Assembly (NCBI GenBank): GCA_964369155.1
Contig: CAYJEI010000001.1
Location: 607 to 64,606 of the forward strand
Length of the DNA: 64,000 nt
Direction: 5' to 3'
Source: an uncultured Muribaculaceae bacterium
Lineage (GTDB): Bacteria > Bacillota_I > Bacilli_A > RF39 > UBA660
The stretch's first letter is position 1, and every line of letters starts with the position of its first letter. Position numbers and translations under genes: made by a program. The notes beneath the pieces are model-generated. The model saw only the letters and a program-made list of their open reading frames with translations, had not been told where the DNA came from and did no database searches. Shown piece by piece: positions 48,175 to 58,308 of the stretch.

Positions 48175-49203
48175 ATGAAAAGAAAATTAAGATGGCATAC
48201 TAAATTATTTATTGTTCTAGATATCATAGCTGTTACTGGTCTTATCACAATAAATGTTCCAGCATTTCAAGAGTTTTGGATACCAACAGCAATGACTACA
48301 AAAAGTCATAAATATTTTGCGAGAACTTTTTATAGTCAAGATAAAATAGAAGAAGTGTTAGGTCAAAATTATATTAAATCTTCTACAGAAGATATTAATT
48401 TAGATGATATCGTAATTGGTGACAGTACCGATAAAACTGAATTTGAATCTATTTATGAAGAAGAAATATATACTAAAGAAGAAAATAACGAAGTATACAA
48501 AATAATAAAACTAGAAGAAGATAATTTTGTTGGTTTTTTAACTGTTGTTTATGACCCAGCTGATGTAGAACTTGCTATACCACAAAACTTAGGTAAAAAA
48601 GGTGAAAGAGTTATCGATTTAGTTTCAAATAATGACGGTCTTGTTGGTATAAATGGTGGAGGCTTTGAGGATTTAGATGGATATGGTGATGGATCAACTC
48701 CATATGGAAGTATAATTTATGAAGGAGAACTTATATATTCTTATCCGGGTGGTTCTGGAGAACTTATAGGATTTACTGAAGACCATAAACTTTATTTAAC
48801 AGATGAATCTCCAGAAGAGGCTATTGCAAATGGAATGTATGAAGCAGTAGAGTTTGGACCAAATTTAATAGTAAACGGTAAGGTTACTGAAATAGAAGGT
48901 AATGGTGGATGGGGAGTTGCCCCAAGAACAGTTATTGCTCAAAGAAAAGATGGAATAGTACTATTTTTAATAATTGATGGTAGACAACCAGGATATAGTG
49001 ATGGAGCTACAATGAATGAAGTAATTGAAGTACTAACTAGATATGGAGCATATAATGCAGCTAATCTTGATGGTGGAGGTTCAACAACTATGGCAGTAGG
49101 AAATGAACTTTATAATAAACCATCAGCAGGCGTATCTCAAGGTGGAAGATATGTTTCAAATGGTTTTATAGTAACTAATGATTTTGGGAAAACTGTGGAA
49201 TAG
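48175..49203 (+). CDS. Phosphodiester glycosidase family protein (NAGPA-like), membrane-anchored
   Basis: INGGGF...ANLDGGGSTTM motifs. Confidence 0.7.
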   Translation: MKRKLRWHTKLFIVLDIIAVTGLITINVPAFQEFWIPTAMTTKSHKYFARTFYSQDKIEEVLGQNYIKSSTEDINLDDIVIGDSTDKTEFESIYEEEIYTKEENNEVYKIIKLEEDNFVGFLTVVYDPADVELAIPQNLGKKGERVIDLVSNNDGLVGINGGGFEDLDGYGDGSTPYGSIIYEGELIYSYPGGSGELIGFTEDHKLYLTDESPEEAIANGMYEAVEFGPNLIVNGKVTEIEGNGGWGVAPRTVIAQRKDGIVLFLIIDGRQPGYSDGATMNEVIEVLTRYGAYNAANLDGGGSTTMAVGNELYNKPSAGVSQGGRYVSNGFIVTNDFGKTVE

Positions 49204-49215
49204 ATAGGAGAAAAT

Positions 49216-50430
49216 ATGATAAGAAGAGCTTTAATAATAATTATAATTTTAGTAGTTATTACAGGTTCTTTTTTCTTTTTTTATAAAGATGAAAGTAAAA
49301 TAGAAATATTTAAAGAAGATATCAGTGAATATTATAGTAAGTATGTAACTACAAATAAAAAAAGTGAGATATATACTAAAGAAAATGGTGAATATATAGC
49401 CATAGGATTATTAGAATCAAGTTTTCAACTTAGTTTAAATGAAATAGAAATAACCGAAGAAACTGAGTATTTTGAATTTAATTTAGATGATAATGTATAT
49501 TATATTTCGTATAAAAATGTAGAAAAAATAGATAATATAAGTATAAAGGATGATAGATTTTTAAATTATATTGTTTTTAACGAAAATGTTAAAAGTAAAG
49601 AAAGTATAAATTTGTTTCAAGACGAAAAAAATATCATAACTTTAGATGTAGGAATAGATAAACCAATAGTAAGAAAAGATGATGGAAAATATTATATTGA
49701 ATACAATGATGAGTTATATTATGTTTTAGAAGAAGATGTAACAGTTTATGAAAATAATAATACTAATGTAAATACTGCTACTGACGTGCCAGCAACTCTT
49801 TATCATTTCATGTATAAAGAAGAAGAATACAAAGACTGTATGGAAATAATTTGTCATTCAGAAACACAAATTAGAAGTCATTTTGATTATTTAAAGGAAA
49901 ATAATTATTTTACAATGACTACCAAAGAGATGGAGTGGTGGATAGATGGAAAAATAAATGTTCCAGAAAATTCAATTTTAATTACAATAGATGATGCAGC
50001 TTGGCATCAAAATTGGAATGAAATTATAACAGAATATGAGCTAAATGTCACATATTTTCTAGTTACATCATGGATTGATCTTGAAAATATAACAACTCCT
50101 TATATTGAAATGGCTGCACATACTCATGCACAGCATAATACAGGCGTATGTCCAGGTGGCCAAGGTTCACCTATGAAATGTACTGATAAAGAAGTGCTGT
50201 TAGAAGATTTAGCATTAAACAGAAGTTTACTAAATAACACAGATTCATTTGCTTATCCATTTTTTGAATATAATGACTACACAATAGAAGTTCTTAAAGA
50301 AGCTGGATTTAAAACTGCTTATCGAGGTGGAATGGCTAGTGTAACTAAAGGTGTAGATAAATTTAAAATACCTAGGATAACAATGTTTAGTTACACTACT
50401 ATGAATCAGTTCATAGACTATGTTAGCTAA
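49216..50430 (+). CDS. Polysaccharide deacetylase (NodB/CE4) family, membrane-anchored
   Basis: ILITIDDA and HTHAQH metal-binding motifs. Confidence 0.65.
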   Translation: MIRRALIIIIILVVITGSFFFFYKDESKIEIFKEDISEYYSKYVTTNKKSEIYTKENGEYIAIGLLESSFQLSLNEIEITEETEYFEFNLDDNVYYISYKNVEKIDNISIKDDRFLNYIVFNENVKSKESINLFQDEKNIITLDVGIDKPIVRKDDGKYYIEYNDELYYVLEEDVTVYENNNTNVNTATDVPATLYHFMYKEEEYKDCMEIICHSETQIRSHFDYLKENNYFTMTTKEMEWWIDGKINVPENSILITIDDAAWHQNWNEIITEYELNVTYFLVTSWIDLENITTPYIEMAAHTHAQHNTGVCPGGQGSPMKCTDKEVLLEDLALNRSLLNNTDSFAYPFFEYNDYTIEVLKEAGFKTAYRGGMASVTKGVDKFKIPRITMFSYTTMNQFIDYVS

Positions 50431-50663
50431 ATTTAGATTTCTAATTACACCTTATGAAGTTTTTAAAAAGTTAATTTAAGCAATTATTACTATGGAAACT
50501 TTGGAAAAATACTATAGTAAGTTAAGTAATTAATATTAAACTACAGATTTTGGAAACGACAATTGGATTAAACTTAGTATATTATAAAATTTTAATGCAC
50601 CACTACATCTGGGACAAAAGGAGTAAATATTACGTTTTATCTTGAATAAAATAACTTTCTATA

Positions 50664-50689
50664 AAACTGTACATTTGTACAGTTTTTTT
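50664..50689 (+). terminator. Intrinsic terminator/attenuator in glyQS leader
   Basis: AAAACTGTACA-ttt-GTACAGTTTT + T-run; then TATAAT and RBS. Confidence 0.5.
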
Positions 50690-50717
50690 GTATAATAATT
50701 ATATGAGGAGTGAAAAA

Positions 50718-52094
50718 ATGAAATTAACTATGGAAAATTTGGTAAATTACTGTAAACAGTATGGTTTTATTTTTCAAGGAAGTGAGATATATAATGGTTT
50801 GTCAAATACTTGGGATTACGGACCTTTAGGTACATTACTTAAAGAAAATATAAGAAATGCTTGGAAGAAAAAATTTATTCAAGAAAACCCATTTAATTAC
50901 GGACTTGATGCTGCGATACTTATGAATCCAGCGGTGTGGGTTGCATCTGGACATGTTGCATCGTTTGCAGATCCACTTATAGATTGCAAAGCTTGTAAAT
51001 CAAGACATAGAGCAGATAAATTGATTGAAGAACATAGTCAGGGTATTGAAACTGGAGATGGTTGGGATAATGATAGATTAGAAAATTATATAAAAGATAA
51101 TAAAATAGTATGCCCGAAATGTGGAAAGCTTGATTATACGGATATTAGAAAATTTAATTTACTATTTGAAACTAGCATTGGAGTTACCGAAGAAACTAAA
51201 AATACTGTATATTTAAGAGGAGAAACAGCGCAAGGTATATTTGTTAATTTTAAAAATATAGAAAGATCAATGAGACTTAAAATACCTTTTGGAGTTTGCC
51301 AAACAGGAAAATCTTTTAGAAATGAAATAACACCAGGAAATTTTATTTTTAGAACTAGAGAATTTGAACAAATGGAACTTGAATTTTTTTGTAAACCAGG
51401 GACTGACTTAGAGTGGTTCGGGTATTGGAAAAATTATTGTATTGATTTTTTAAAAACATTAGGTATAAAACCAGAAAATTTTAGAATGAGAGATCATAAA
51501 AAAGAAGAATTATCTTTTTATAGTAAAGCCACAACTGATATAGAGTATTTATATCCAAATGGTTGGGGAGAACTATGGGGTATTGCAGATAGAACTGATT
51601 ATGATTTAGGTGTGCACATGGAGCACAGTAAAACAGATTTAAGAGTTTTAGATGAAGAGTCTGGTGAAAGATATTTACCATTTGTTATTGAACCATCTGT
51701 TGGACTTGATAGATTACTTCTTGCTATTTTAACTGATGCATATGTAAAAGAAGAGGTTAGTGAAGGTGATGAAAGAGAAGTATTAAAACTACACCCAGCA
51801 CTAGCGCCTTATAAAGTTACAATTTTGCCACTTATTAAAAAATATCATGCAGAAAAAGCAAATGATGTATATGCTATATTATGTAAAAAGATTATGTGTT
51901 CTTATGATGAAGCTGGATCAATAGGAAAAAGATATAGAAGAAGTGATGCAGTAGGAACTCCATTTGTAGTTACAGTTGATGATGAAACGCTTGAACATGA
52001 TACAGTTACAGTAAGGTATAGAGACACAATGGAGCAAATAAAAATAAATATTAATGAACTTGAAAGTTTTATTATAAAAGAAACAGAGATTTAA
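50718..52094 (+). CDS. glyQS: Glycine--tRNA ligase (alpha2 dimeric form)
   Basis: SNTWDYGPLG motif, class II aaRS; ATG 50718 after AGGAGTG. Confidence 0.9.
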   Translation: MKLTMENLVNYCKQYGFIFQGSEIYNGLSNTWDYGPLGTLLKENIRNAWKKKFIQENPFNYGLDAAILMNPAVWVASGHVASFADPLIDCKACKSRHRADKLIEEHSQGIETGDGWDNDRLENYIKDNKIVCPKCGKLDYTDIRKFNLLFETSIGVTEETKNTVYLRGETAQGIFVNFKNIERSMRLKIPFGVCQTGKSFRNEITPGNFIFRTREFEQMELEFFCKPGTDLEWFGYWKNYCIDFLKTLGIKPENFRMRDHKKEELSFYSKATTDIEYLYPNGWGELWGIADRTDYDLGVHMEHSKTDLRVLDEESGERYLPFVIEPSVGLDRLLLAILTDAYVKEEVSEGDEREVLKLHPALAPYKVTILPLIKKYHAEKANDVYAILCKKIMCSYDEAGSIGKRYRRSDAVGTPFVVTVDDETLEHDTVTVRYRDTMEQIKININELESFIIKETEI

Positions 52095-52106
52095 GAAGGA
52101 GAAAAA

Positions 52107-52880
52107 ATGGAATTTATAATTTTAATCATAATTATTGTTGTTATATCATCAATAAGACAAATTAACGAATATGAAAGAGGAGTTAAATTTACATTTGGTA
52201 AGTTTAGTGAAATAATGGAACCTGGCTGGAGATTAGTTTTGCCAGTTATTCAAAGTTATAATAAAGTAGATATTAGAGTAAAAGCAGTGGATGTTCCTGA
52301 ACAAGAAGCAATTACTAAAGATAACGTATCAGTTAAAATTAACGCTGTTATATATTTTAAAGTAGTTGATGCAAGCAAATCGATACTTGCAGTAGAAAAC
52401 TTTTTTCACGCAGTATCACAGTTAGCTCAAACAACTATGAGAAATGCAGTTGGTTCGGTATCATTAGACGAATTGTTAAGTGAAAGACAAAAAATATCTA
52501 CTGAAATTTGCGCTATTATTGATGCAGCAACTGACCCTTGGGGTATAAAAGTAGAAAATGTAGAATTAAAAGATGTTTCACTTCCTGAAGAAATGAAAAG
52601 AGTTATTGCAAAAGTTGCAGAAGCTGAAAGAGAAAAAGCTGCTATTATTACAAAAGCTGCTGGTGAAGTAGAAGCTTCAGAAAATCTAGCGCAAGCTGCT
52701 TCTATAATGGGATCAACTCCAGGTGCACTTCATTTAAGAACTCTTGCAACACTTAACGATTTATCAAGTGATCAGTCAAATACAGTTATATTTGCTGTGC
52801 CGATAGAAGTTTTAAGAGCATTTGAAAATAATGGTGCAGTAGCAACAAAAGTAGTTGAACAATTAACTAAAAATAAATAA
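52107..52880 (+). CDS. SPFH/band-7 (stomatin/prohibitin-like) membrane protein
   Basis: N-terminal TM, EYERGVKFTFGK motif. Confidence 0.8.
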   Translation: MEFIILIIIIVVISSIRQINEYERGVKFTFGKFSEIMEPGWRLVLPVIQSYNKVDIRVKAVDVPEQEAITKDNVSVKINAVIYFKVVDASKSILAVENFFHAVSQLAQTTMRNAVGSVSLDELLSERQKISTEICAIIDAATDPWGIKVENVELKDVSLPEEMKRVIAKVAEAEREKAAIITKAAGEVEASENLAQAASIMGSTPGALHLRTLATLNDLSSDQSNTVIFAVPIEVLRAFENNGAVATKVVEQLTKNK

Positions 52881-52958
52881 TGTAATATAAAAGTTACATT
52901 TTTTATTGAAATAAAATAACATATGTGATAAAATATCTACATAAAAAGGGGGTATATC

Positions 52959-53417
52959 ATGGAAATTGATAAACAAAAAATCGAAAAAATCATTTTAAAC
53001 TCATTTGTTCAAAAGTACGCACTTACTAGCTCATGTGACAATGATACTAAATTTTTATCTTCAAAAATTAACAACATAAGCGTAAAATTTAGTAAGTCTG
53101 AAAATATATTTATGGGGAATTTGTTTTATGAAAACACAATAGTTCAAAGTTTCTTTGTTTTATGTGGAGAAAAAATTATAAACATAACGCTTGTAGATAA
53201 TAGTGGAAATATATACTGTACAATTAAATTCGAACAATTAATAAATAATGATTGTTTTCTAGTAAGTATAGATTATTCTGCAAGTAACGAAATATATGGA
53301 ACTAATAACAATGTTTTCGTAGGTACCTATTCTATAAACGATGCTGTAGAGGAAACATTAAATTTAATTAATAGTAATATTCCAATTATGAAGCAAGAAG
53401 ATATTGTTAAAAAATAA
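52959..53417 (+). CDS. Hypothetical protein
   Basis: 152-aa ORF. Confidence 0.4.
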   Translation: MEIDKQKIEKIILNSFVQKYALTSSCDNDTKFLSSKINNISVKFSKSENIFMGNLFYENTIVQSFFVLCGEKIINITLVDNSGNIYCTIKFEQLINNDCFLVSIDYSASNEIYGTNNNVFVGTYSINDAVEETLNLINSNIPIMKQEDIVKK

Positions 53418-53427
53418 AAATTAATTT

Positions 53428-53457
53428 AAAAAGGAGTTGTAATATTCCTTTTTTTTT
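53428..53457 (+). terminator. Rho-independent terminator
   Basis: AAGGA-gttgtaatat-TCCTT + T8. Confidence 0.5.
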
Positions 53458-53491
53458 GATATGATAATATAGTAATGATAGGAGACAAAAT

Positions 53492-53911
53492 ATGGCACTT
53501 AAGAGTTTAAAAAAGATGTTTAGTGAAGAAGAAGACGATAATGGTGTTGGTTCAGAAGACGAATTTTATAATATGAGTGAAACTGAAGCCATTAAAGAAG
53601 CTAATAAAACTGGAAATAAAATGATTTTACTTGAGCCAAGAGCTTTTTCAGAAGCACAGCAAATAGCAGATCATTTAAAAAACAGAAATAGTGTTGTAGT
53701 TAATTTAAAACGTGTTACTTCTGATCAAGCAAAAAGAATCATAGATTTTCTTAGTGGATGTATATATTCAATTGGAGGATCAATGCAAAAAATTGGTGTA
53801 GGTATATATATTTGTGCTCCTAAAAACGTTAGTGTTCAAGGAAAAATCACTGAAGACGGTGGTCTTGAAAAAAACGGCAAAAAGAATATGGATGAAGATC
53901 TAAACTGGTAA
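53492..53911 (+). CDS. sepF: Cell division protein SepF
   Basis: ILLEPRAFSEAQQIADHLK...VVVNL...AKRIIDFLSG motif. Confidence 0.85.
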   Translation: MALKSLKKMFSEEEDDNGVGSEDEFYNMSETEAIKEANKTGNKMILLEPRAFSEAQQIADHLKNRNSVVVNLKRVTSDQAKRIIDFLSGCIYSIGGSMQKIGVGIYICAPKNVSVQGKITEDGGLEKNGKKNMDEDLNW

Positions 53912-53929
53912 GAAAGGGAGTAAAAGTGT

Positions 53930-54358
53930 ATGCAAAAGTTCACGACTAGCGTTCCTGGATACTCTAAAAGAGAAGTTAATAAATTTGTAAATGACGTGAT
54001 TAAAGAATATGAAGATTTATTAAATAAACTAAAAGAAAGTGATAAAAAATGTTTGAATTTAGAAAATGAGCTTACGAAATATAAAAATTTAGAAAATACT
54101 TTCAATAGAGCTATACTTTTAGCTGAAGAAAGTACAAATAATATTAGAAGAGCTACTTTCGATGAATCAAAATTAATAGTAGAAGAAGCAAAACAAAATG
54201 CTTCTAGAATACTAAATAACGCTTTAATTAGAGCTGAAAGAATAGAAGAAGATGCTGAAAATTTAAGAAGAAAAGTTTTTGTATTTAAGAAAAAATTCAG
54301 AAATTTAGTAGAAGAAAGTCTTGATGAAGTAGAAAGATTTGATGATACTTTAAAATAA
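53930..54358 (+). CDS. DivIVA-domain protein
   Basis: F..SVPGYSKREVNKFVNDVIKEYE DivIVA N-domain, coiled coil. Confidence 0.7.
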   Translation: MQKFTTSVPGYSKREVNKFVNDVIKEYEDLLNKLKESDKKCLNLENELTKYKNLENTFNRAILLAEESTNNIRRATFDESKLIVEEAKQNASRILNNALIRAERIEEDAENLRRKVFVFKKKFRNLVEESLDEVERFDDTLK

Positions 54359-54363
54359 TTTAA

Positions 54364-54388
54364 AAAGCATGTTTATGCTTTTTTTATC
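54364..54388 (+). terminator. Rho-independent terminator
   Basis: AAAGCAT-gttt-ATGCTTT + T-run. Confidence 0.7.
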
Positions 54389-54400
54389 TAGGAGGAAAAA

Positions 54401-55183
54401 ATGAAAAAAAGAGTTATTAGTGCTGCCATAATGTTGGCTATAGTTATACCGTTTATATATTTTGGAGGAATTTTATATACAGCTGCAGTAGCTATTATAT
54501 CAGTATTTGCATTTAATGAAATTGTAAGTATAAAAAGTTTAAAAGACATTCCTTTTATTGTAAAGGTAATAGGGCTAATTTCATATGTTGCTATTGTATT
54601 ATCTCAAGTATTAACTGGTTATAGAGAAAATATAATGTATATTTACGTGATTTTGCCAATCATTTTATTGATTTTACCAACTTTATTCATTGATGAAAAA
54701 AAATACAATACAACAAAAGCATTTAGTTTGTTGTCGTTGATTTTTCTAATAGCATTTGGATTTAGCGGTTTAATATTAGCAAGAAGTGATATTTTTATAC
54801 TTATTTATTTAATTTCTATAGCAGTTTTTGGTGATATATTTGCCATGCTAACTGGCATACTTATAGGAAAACATAAATTATTACCAGAGGTAAGTCCTAA
54901 AAAAACTATAGAAGGTAGTGTTGGCGGTTTAATTGTAGGGACAGCTGTACCACTGATTATATATAATCATCTTATAAATGATGTAACAATTCAAATTGTT
55001 ATAATAACTTTATTTTTAGCGATTTTAGAGCAATTTGGAGATTTAATTTTTAGTAAAATAAAAAGGGATAACGATATAAAAGATTTTTCAAATTTAATTC
55101 CAGGTCATGGAGGAATACTTGATAGATTAGACAGTATACTAGTAATATCACTTGCATTTATCATGTTAAGTAGTTGGTTATAA
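54401..55183 (+). CDS. cdsA: Phosphatidate cytidylyltransferase
   Basis: KKTIEGSVGG...GHGGILDRLDS motif. Confidence 0.9.
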   Translation: MKKRVISAAIMLAIVIPFIYFGGILYTAAVAIISVFAFNEIVSIKSLKDIPFIVKVIGLISYVAIVLSQVLTGYRENIMYIYVILPIILLILPTLFIDEKKYNTTKAFSLLSLIFLIAFGFSGLILARSDIFILIYLISIAVFGDIFAMLTGILIGKHKLLPEVSPKKTIEGSVGGLIVGTAVPLIIYNHLINDVTIQIVIITLFLAILEQFGDLIFSKIKRDNDIKDFSNLIPGHGGILDRLDSILVISLAFIMLSSWL

Positions 55184-55192
55184 GGAGGCAAC

Positions 55193-56242
55193 ATGATTTC
55201 ATTAATCATATTAATATTAATATTAGGAATAATTATATTTATTCACGAACTAGGTCACTTTTGGTGGGCGAAAAAATTTGGAGTTCACATATATGAATTT
55301 TCACTTGGTATGGGACCTATACTTTATACAAAAAAAGGAAAAGATGGTATAGATTATAATATAAGAGCAGTTCCAATTGGTGGTTTTGTATCAATGGCCG
55401 GTGAAGTTTATGAAGACGATACTGAAAACAAAATTCCAAAAGAAAATTTTATGTGTAATAAAAAATGGTATCAAAGAATTATCATATTAGCAGCTGGAGT
55501 TATTAATAATTTTATATTAGCATTTGTAGTTTTATTTTTTATATCACTTATTTGGGGTGGAACAATTTTAACTCCGGAAATTGATACAATCACAGAAGAT
55601 TCTGCCATGGAAACTGCTGGTGTTAAAGCTGGTGGTGTAATTAAAGAAATAAATGGTTACAAAATTAATACATGGGATACTGCTCAAATAGTACTTCATA
55701 TGGAAGACAAAGATGGAGTATATGAGTTTATAATTGAAGATGAAGACGGAAATAGTAAAACATATGATATTGAGCCAAAAGTTGAGAAAAACGACGATGG
55801 AGTTGAAACTAGAACATTTGGTGTAGGAATAAAAGTTATAGAAACTAATGGATTTGTCGAAAGTTTAGAATATGCTGTTAATAGATTTATATCAATTATA
55901 GAAGTTATGGGACTAACTTTATATGGACTATTTTCTGGTAAAATATCTTTAAATGCTTTATCAGGACCTATTGGAATGTATGAAGTAGTAGAAACATCTG
56001 CTGCATTAGGATTAGCATCTACAGTAAGTTTACTTGCATTCTTATCAATAAATGTAGGAGTATTAAACATCTTACCATTCCCTGCTTTCGATGGGGGAAG
56101 AATAGTATTTATACTTATAGAAAAAATTAAAGGTGGACCAATAAATTCTAAAATAGAAAATACTTTTCATTTAGTAGGTTTTATACTTTTAATGCTATTA
56201 ACTATTTATGTAGCAATTCAAGATATTATTAGACTATTTTAG
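55193..56242 (+). CDS. rseP: RIP zinc metalloprotease RseP/site-2 protease
   Basis: HELGHF motif, PDZ, C-terminal LDGG. Confidence 0.85.
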   Translation: MISLIILILILGIIIFIHELGHFWWAKKFGVHIYEFSLGMGPILYTKKGKDGIDYNIRAVPIGGFVSMAGEVYEDDTENKIPKENFMCNKKWYQRIIILAAGVINNFILAFVVLFFISLIWGGTILTPEIDTITEDSAMETAGVKAGGVIKEINGYKINTWDTAQIVLHMEDKDGVYEFIIEDEDGNSKTYDIEPKVEKNDDGVETRTFGVGIKVIETNGFVESLEYAVNRFISIIEVMGLTLYGLFSGKISLNALSGPIGMYEVVETSAALGLASTVSLLAFLSINVGVLNILPFPAFDGGRIVFILIEKIKGGPINSKIENTFHLVGFILLMLLTIYVAIQDIIRLF

Positions 56243-56265
56243 CACAGCAATGTGCTTTTTTAGTG
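56243..56265 (+). terminator. Rho-independent terminator
   Basis: AGCACA-gcaa-TGTGCT + T6. Confidence 0.65.
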
Positions 56266-56279
56266 TATAATGAAATTAT

Positions 56280-56356
56280 GTTCTTGTAACTCAGCTGGAT
56301 AGAGTAAATGCCTCCGACGCATTAAGTCTAGGGTTCGAGTCCCTACAAGAACGCCA
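56280..56356 (+). tRNA. tRNA-Arg (anticodon CCG)
   Basis: Manual fold: acceptor GTTCTTG/CAAGAAC, D-stem ACTC/GAGT, anticodon stem AATGC/GCATT with loop CTCCGAC, T-stem TAGGG/CCCTA with loop TTCGAGT, 3' CCA. Confidence 0.85.
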
Positions 56357-56404
56357 TCTATAAATCGACATTTTTTTGCATTAATATAATATATAATAAA
56401 CAGC

Positions 56405-57076
56405 ATGCAAAAAAATGTTTTTATTTTCATAGATGATTCTGGTATTACACATAAAAATGATAAGTACTCATTTTTTGGAGGTATAGTTTTTTTATCTGAA
56501 GAAGAATATAAAAAATTTTCAAAAGAATACAAACTTCATTTCAAAAGTATTAATAAAATAAATAAATTTAAAGAATTAAAATATACGTATATAAAAAATC
56601 TAAATAATGAAACTATATTTAACTTCGTTAACAAGTATATTACATTTGGTATTTGCATGAAAAATTATAACATAAGTAGTAACATTATGAGTGAAAAAAA
56701 ATCAAGATCTAGGTTTAGAGACTATTGTATTAGAAGAATAATCAAAGAAATTATTTTATACTTATTTAAATTAAATTATATATGTGATAACAATATAAAA
56801 TTAAATATTATATTAGACTCAGATAATCAAAAAACAAATACAAATAGATTACTATCAGAAGATATATACAAAGAACTTAAGATAGGTTTTAATAATAAAA
56901 AATATAATATAAAATTCATGCCTATAATTAAAAATAAATTATACATTGATATTAAGTATGTTAATTCTATAAAATGTCATGGTATTCAAGCAGCAGATTT
57001 GATAGTTGGAAACTTAAGAAATTCAATAATACAAAACAAAAAAGTTACTACTAATATAATAAAATATTTACCATAA
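56405..57076 (+). CDS. DUF3800-family protein (extremely AT-rich gene)
   Basis: N-terminal IFIDDSG motif typical of DUF3800; about 22% GC. Confidence 0.55.
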   Translation: MQKNVFIFIDDSGITHKNDKYSFFGGIVFLSEEEYKKFSKEYKLHFKSINKINKFKELKYTYIKNLNNETIFNFVNKYITFGICMKNYNISSNIMSEKKSRSRFRDYCIRRIIKEIILYLFKLNYICDNNIKLNIILDSDNQKTNTNRLLSEDIYKELKIGFNNKKYNIKFMPIIKNKLYIDIKYVNSIKCHGIQAADLIVGNLRNSIIQNKKVTTNIIKYLP

Positions 57077-57080
57077 AAAA

Positions 57081-57100
57081 AGAGCTATTGCTCTGTTGTT
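57081..57100. terminator. Bidirectional terminator between convergent genes
   Basis: AGAGC-tatt-GCTCT flanked by A/T runs. Confidence 0.5.
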
Positions 57101-58224
57101 TCATCATACAAAATTGGCTTTTCACTTTTTTCAAATTGATATACACTTTTTCCAGTCATAAATTCAAATAGTGCAGAAGCTTTAATTTCAGTTTTGTACT
57201 GCACATAAAGTTTATTTGAAAAATGTGCCATTCTAAAATATTTTTTATTATGTCTTATATATAATCTACCTTTTTTATTAAATCCTAGTATTCTCATATA
57301 CCTTGGTTGTTCTTTTTTTGCATCAGCTTTTGTAATGCCAAGAACAATATGTAAACACATACGATTAATTCTAGTATAAGTGATACGTTTGTTTTTAACC
57401 TTTTCAATAAAGGTTTCATAATTGGAACTAGCAAAGGAATGGGTATATAGTCTATTTTGAATTCCTTCAGTAACATCTAAATATGGTCCAGTATCTTTTT
57501 CAACAATAATTTTCATTTTTAATATAGCATATAATGTATCATTATTTGGTGTTATAATACATTCTTTAACACCTTCAGGAACATACTTGCTAATATCTAA
57601 ACCATTCTTTATTTTTTCTCGTATGTTTGATGCACTAACTATTTTATTTTCTAATTTTAAATCGTGAAAATCATTAGTTCTTTGTAAAGTTTCTATTTCA
57701 ATATCGAAATTATTAGCTATAATTGCTTTAGTATAAGCAACACCAAGTACATCATTAGGACTAAAAGAAAAATTATCCATTTCAAGAGCTTTAGCAATAG
57801 CTGCTGGATAACTAATTCCTTCTTTCATAGCTTCTTTAAGTTTTACAGGAAAATTATCATCATATAATTGGATTTGAGCAACTTTTTTTATTAAATTTAC
57901 ATCGTTACTTTCACTTCCAAATATTAACTTTTCTATTTTAAATTCATTTAAAATTCTAATAGCTGAATCTGCAAAAGTATCAGCGCTTTGAGTACCATAG
58001 TACGCTGGATGTTCTAGTACAATATCAATTCCATATTTCAGTGCGAGTTTAGTTTTATCTTCTTTAGAAATAATAGATATTTCTCCTCGTTGTAAAAAAT
58101 AACCATTTAAAACTAATATTATTACGTGATCAGGATATTTTTCTTTAATTGCATCTATAAAATAAATATGGCCATTATGTAGTGGGTTAAATTCACATAT
58201 AATACCAATTGCTTTTGCTCTCAT
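57085..58224 (-). CDS. tmcAL: tRNA(Met) cytidine acetate ligase TmcAL (YlbM/UPF0348 nucleotidyltransferase-like)
   Basis: FNPLHNGH HxGH motif, 379 aa. Confidence 0.75.
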   Translation of the reverse strand: MRAKAIGIICEFNPLHNGHIYFIDAIKEKYPDHVIILVLNGYFLQRGEISIISKEDKTKLALKYGIDIVLEHPAYYGTQSADTFADSAIRILNEFKIEKLIFGSESNDVNLIKKVAQIQLYDDNFPVKLKEAMKEGISYPAAIAKALEMDNFSFSPNDVLGVAYTKAIIANNFDIEIETLQRTNDFHDLKLENKIVSASNIREKIKNGLDISKYVPEGVKECIITPNNDTLYAILKMKIIVEKDTGPYLDVTEGIQNRLYTHSFASSNYETFIEKVKNKRITYTRINRMCLHIVLGITKADAKKEQPRYMRILGFNKKGRLYIRHNKKYFRMAHFSNKLYVQYKTEIKASALFEFMTGKSVYQFEKSEKPILYDETTEQ

Positions 58225-58308
58225 ATTATTTCACCAACTTTAATATAACATTGACATAACTATTTGTCAAATTTTTAATATTGTATTATAATAGCTTTAG
58301 GTGATTTT

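Noticed and set aside
56260-56532. 90-aa minus-strand ORF
   Set aside because: Overlaps the tRNA-Arg gene and its terminator. This is a translation artefact.
57076-57120. attR-like direct repeat of the tRNA-Arg 3' end after the DUF3800 gene
   Set aside because: I looked for TTCGAGTCCCTACAAGAACGCCA-like sequence downstream and found none, so an intact integrated element is not supported.
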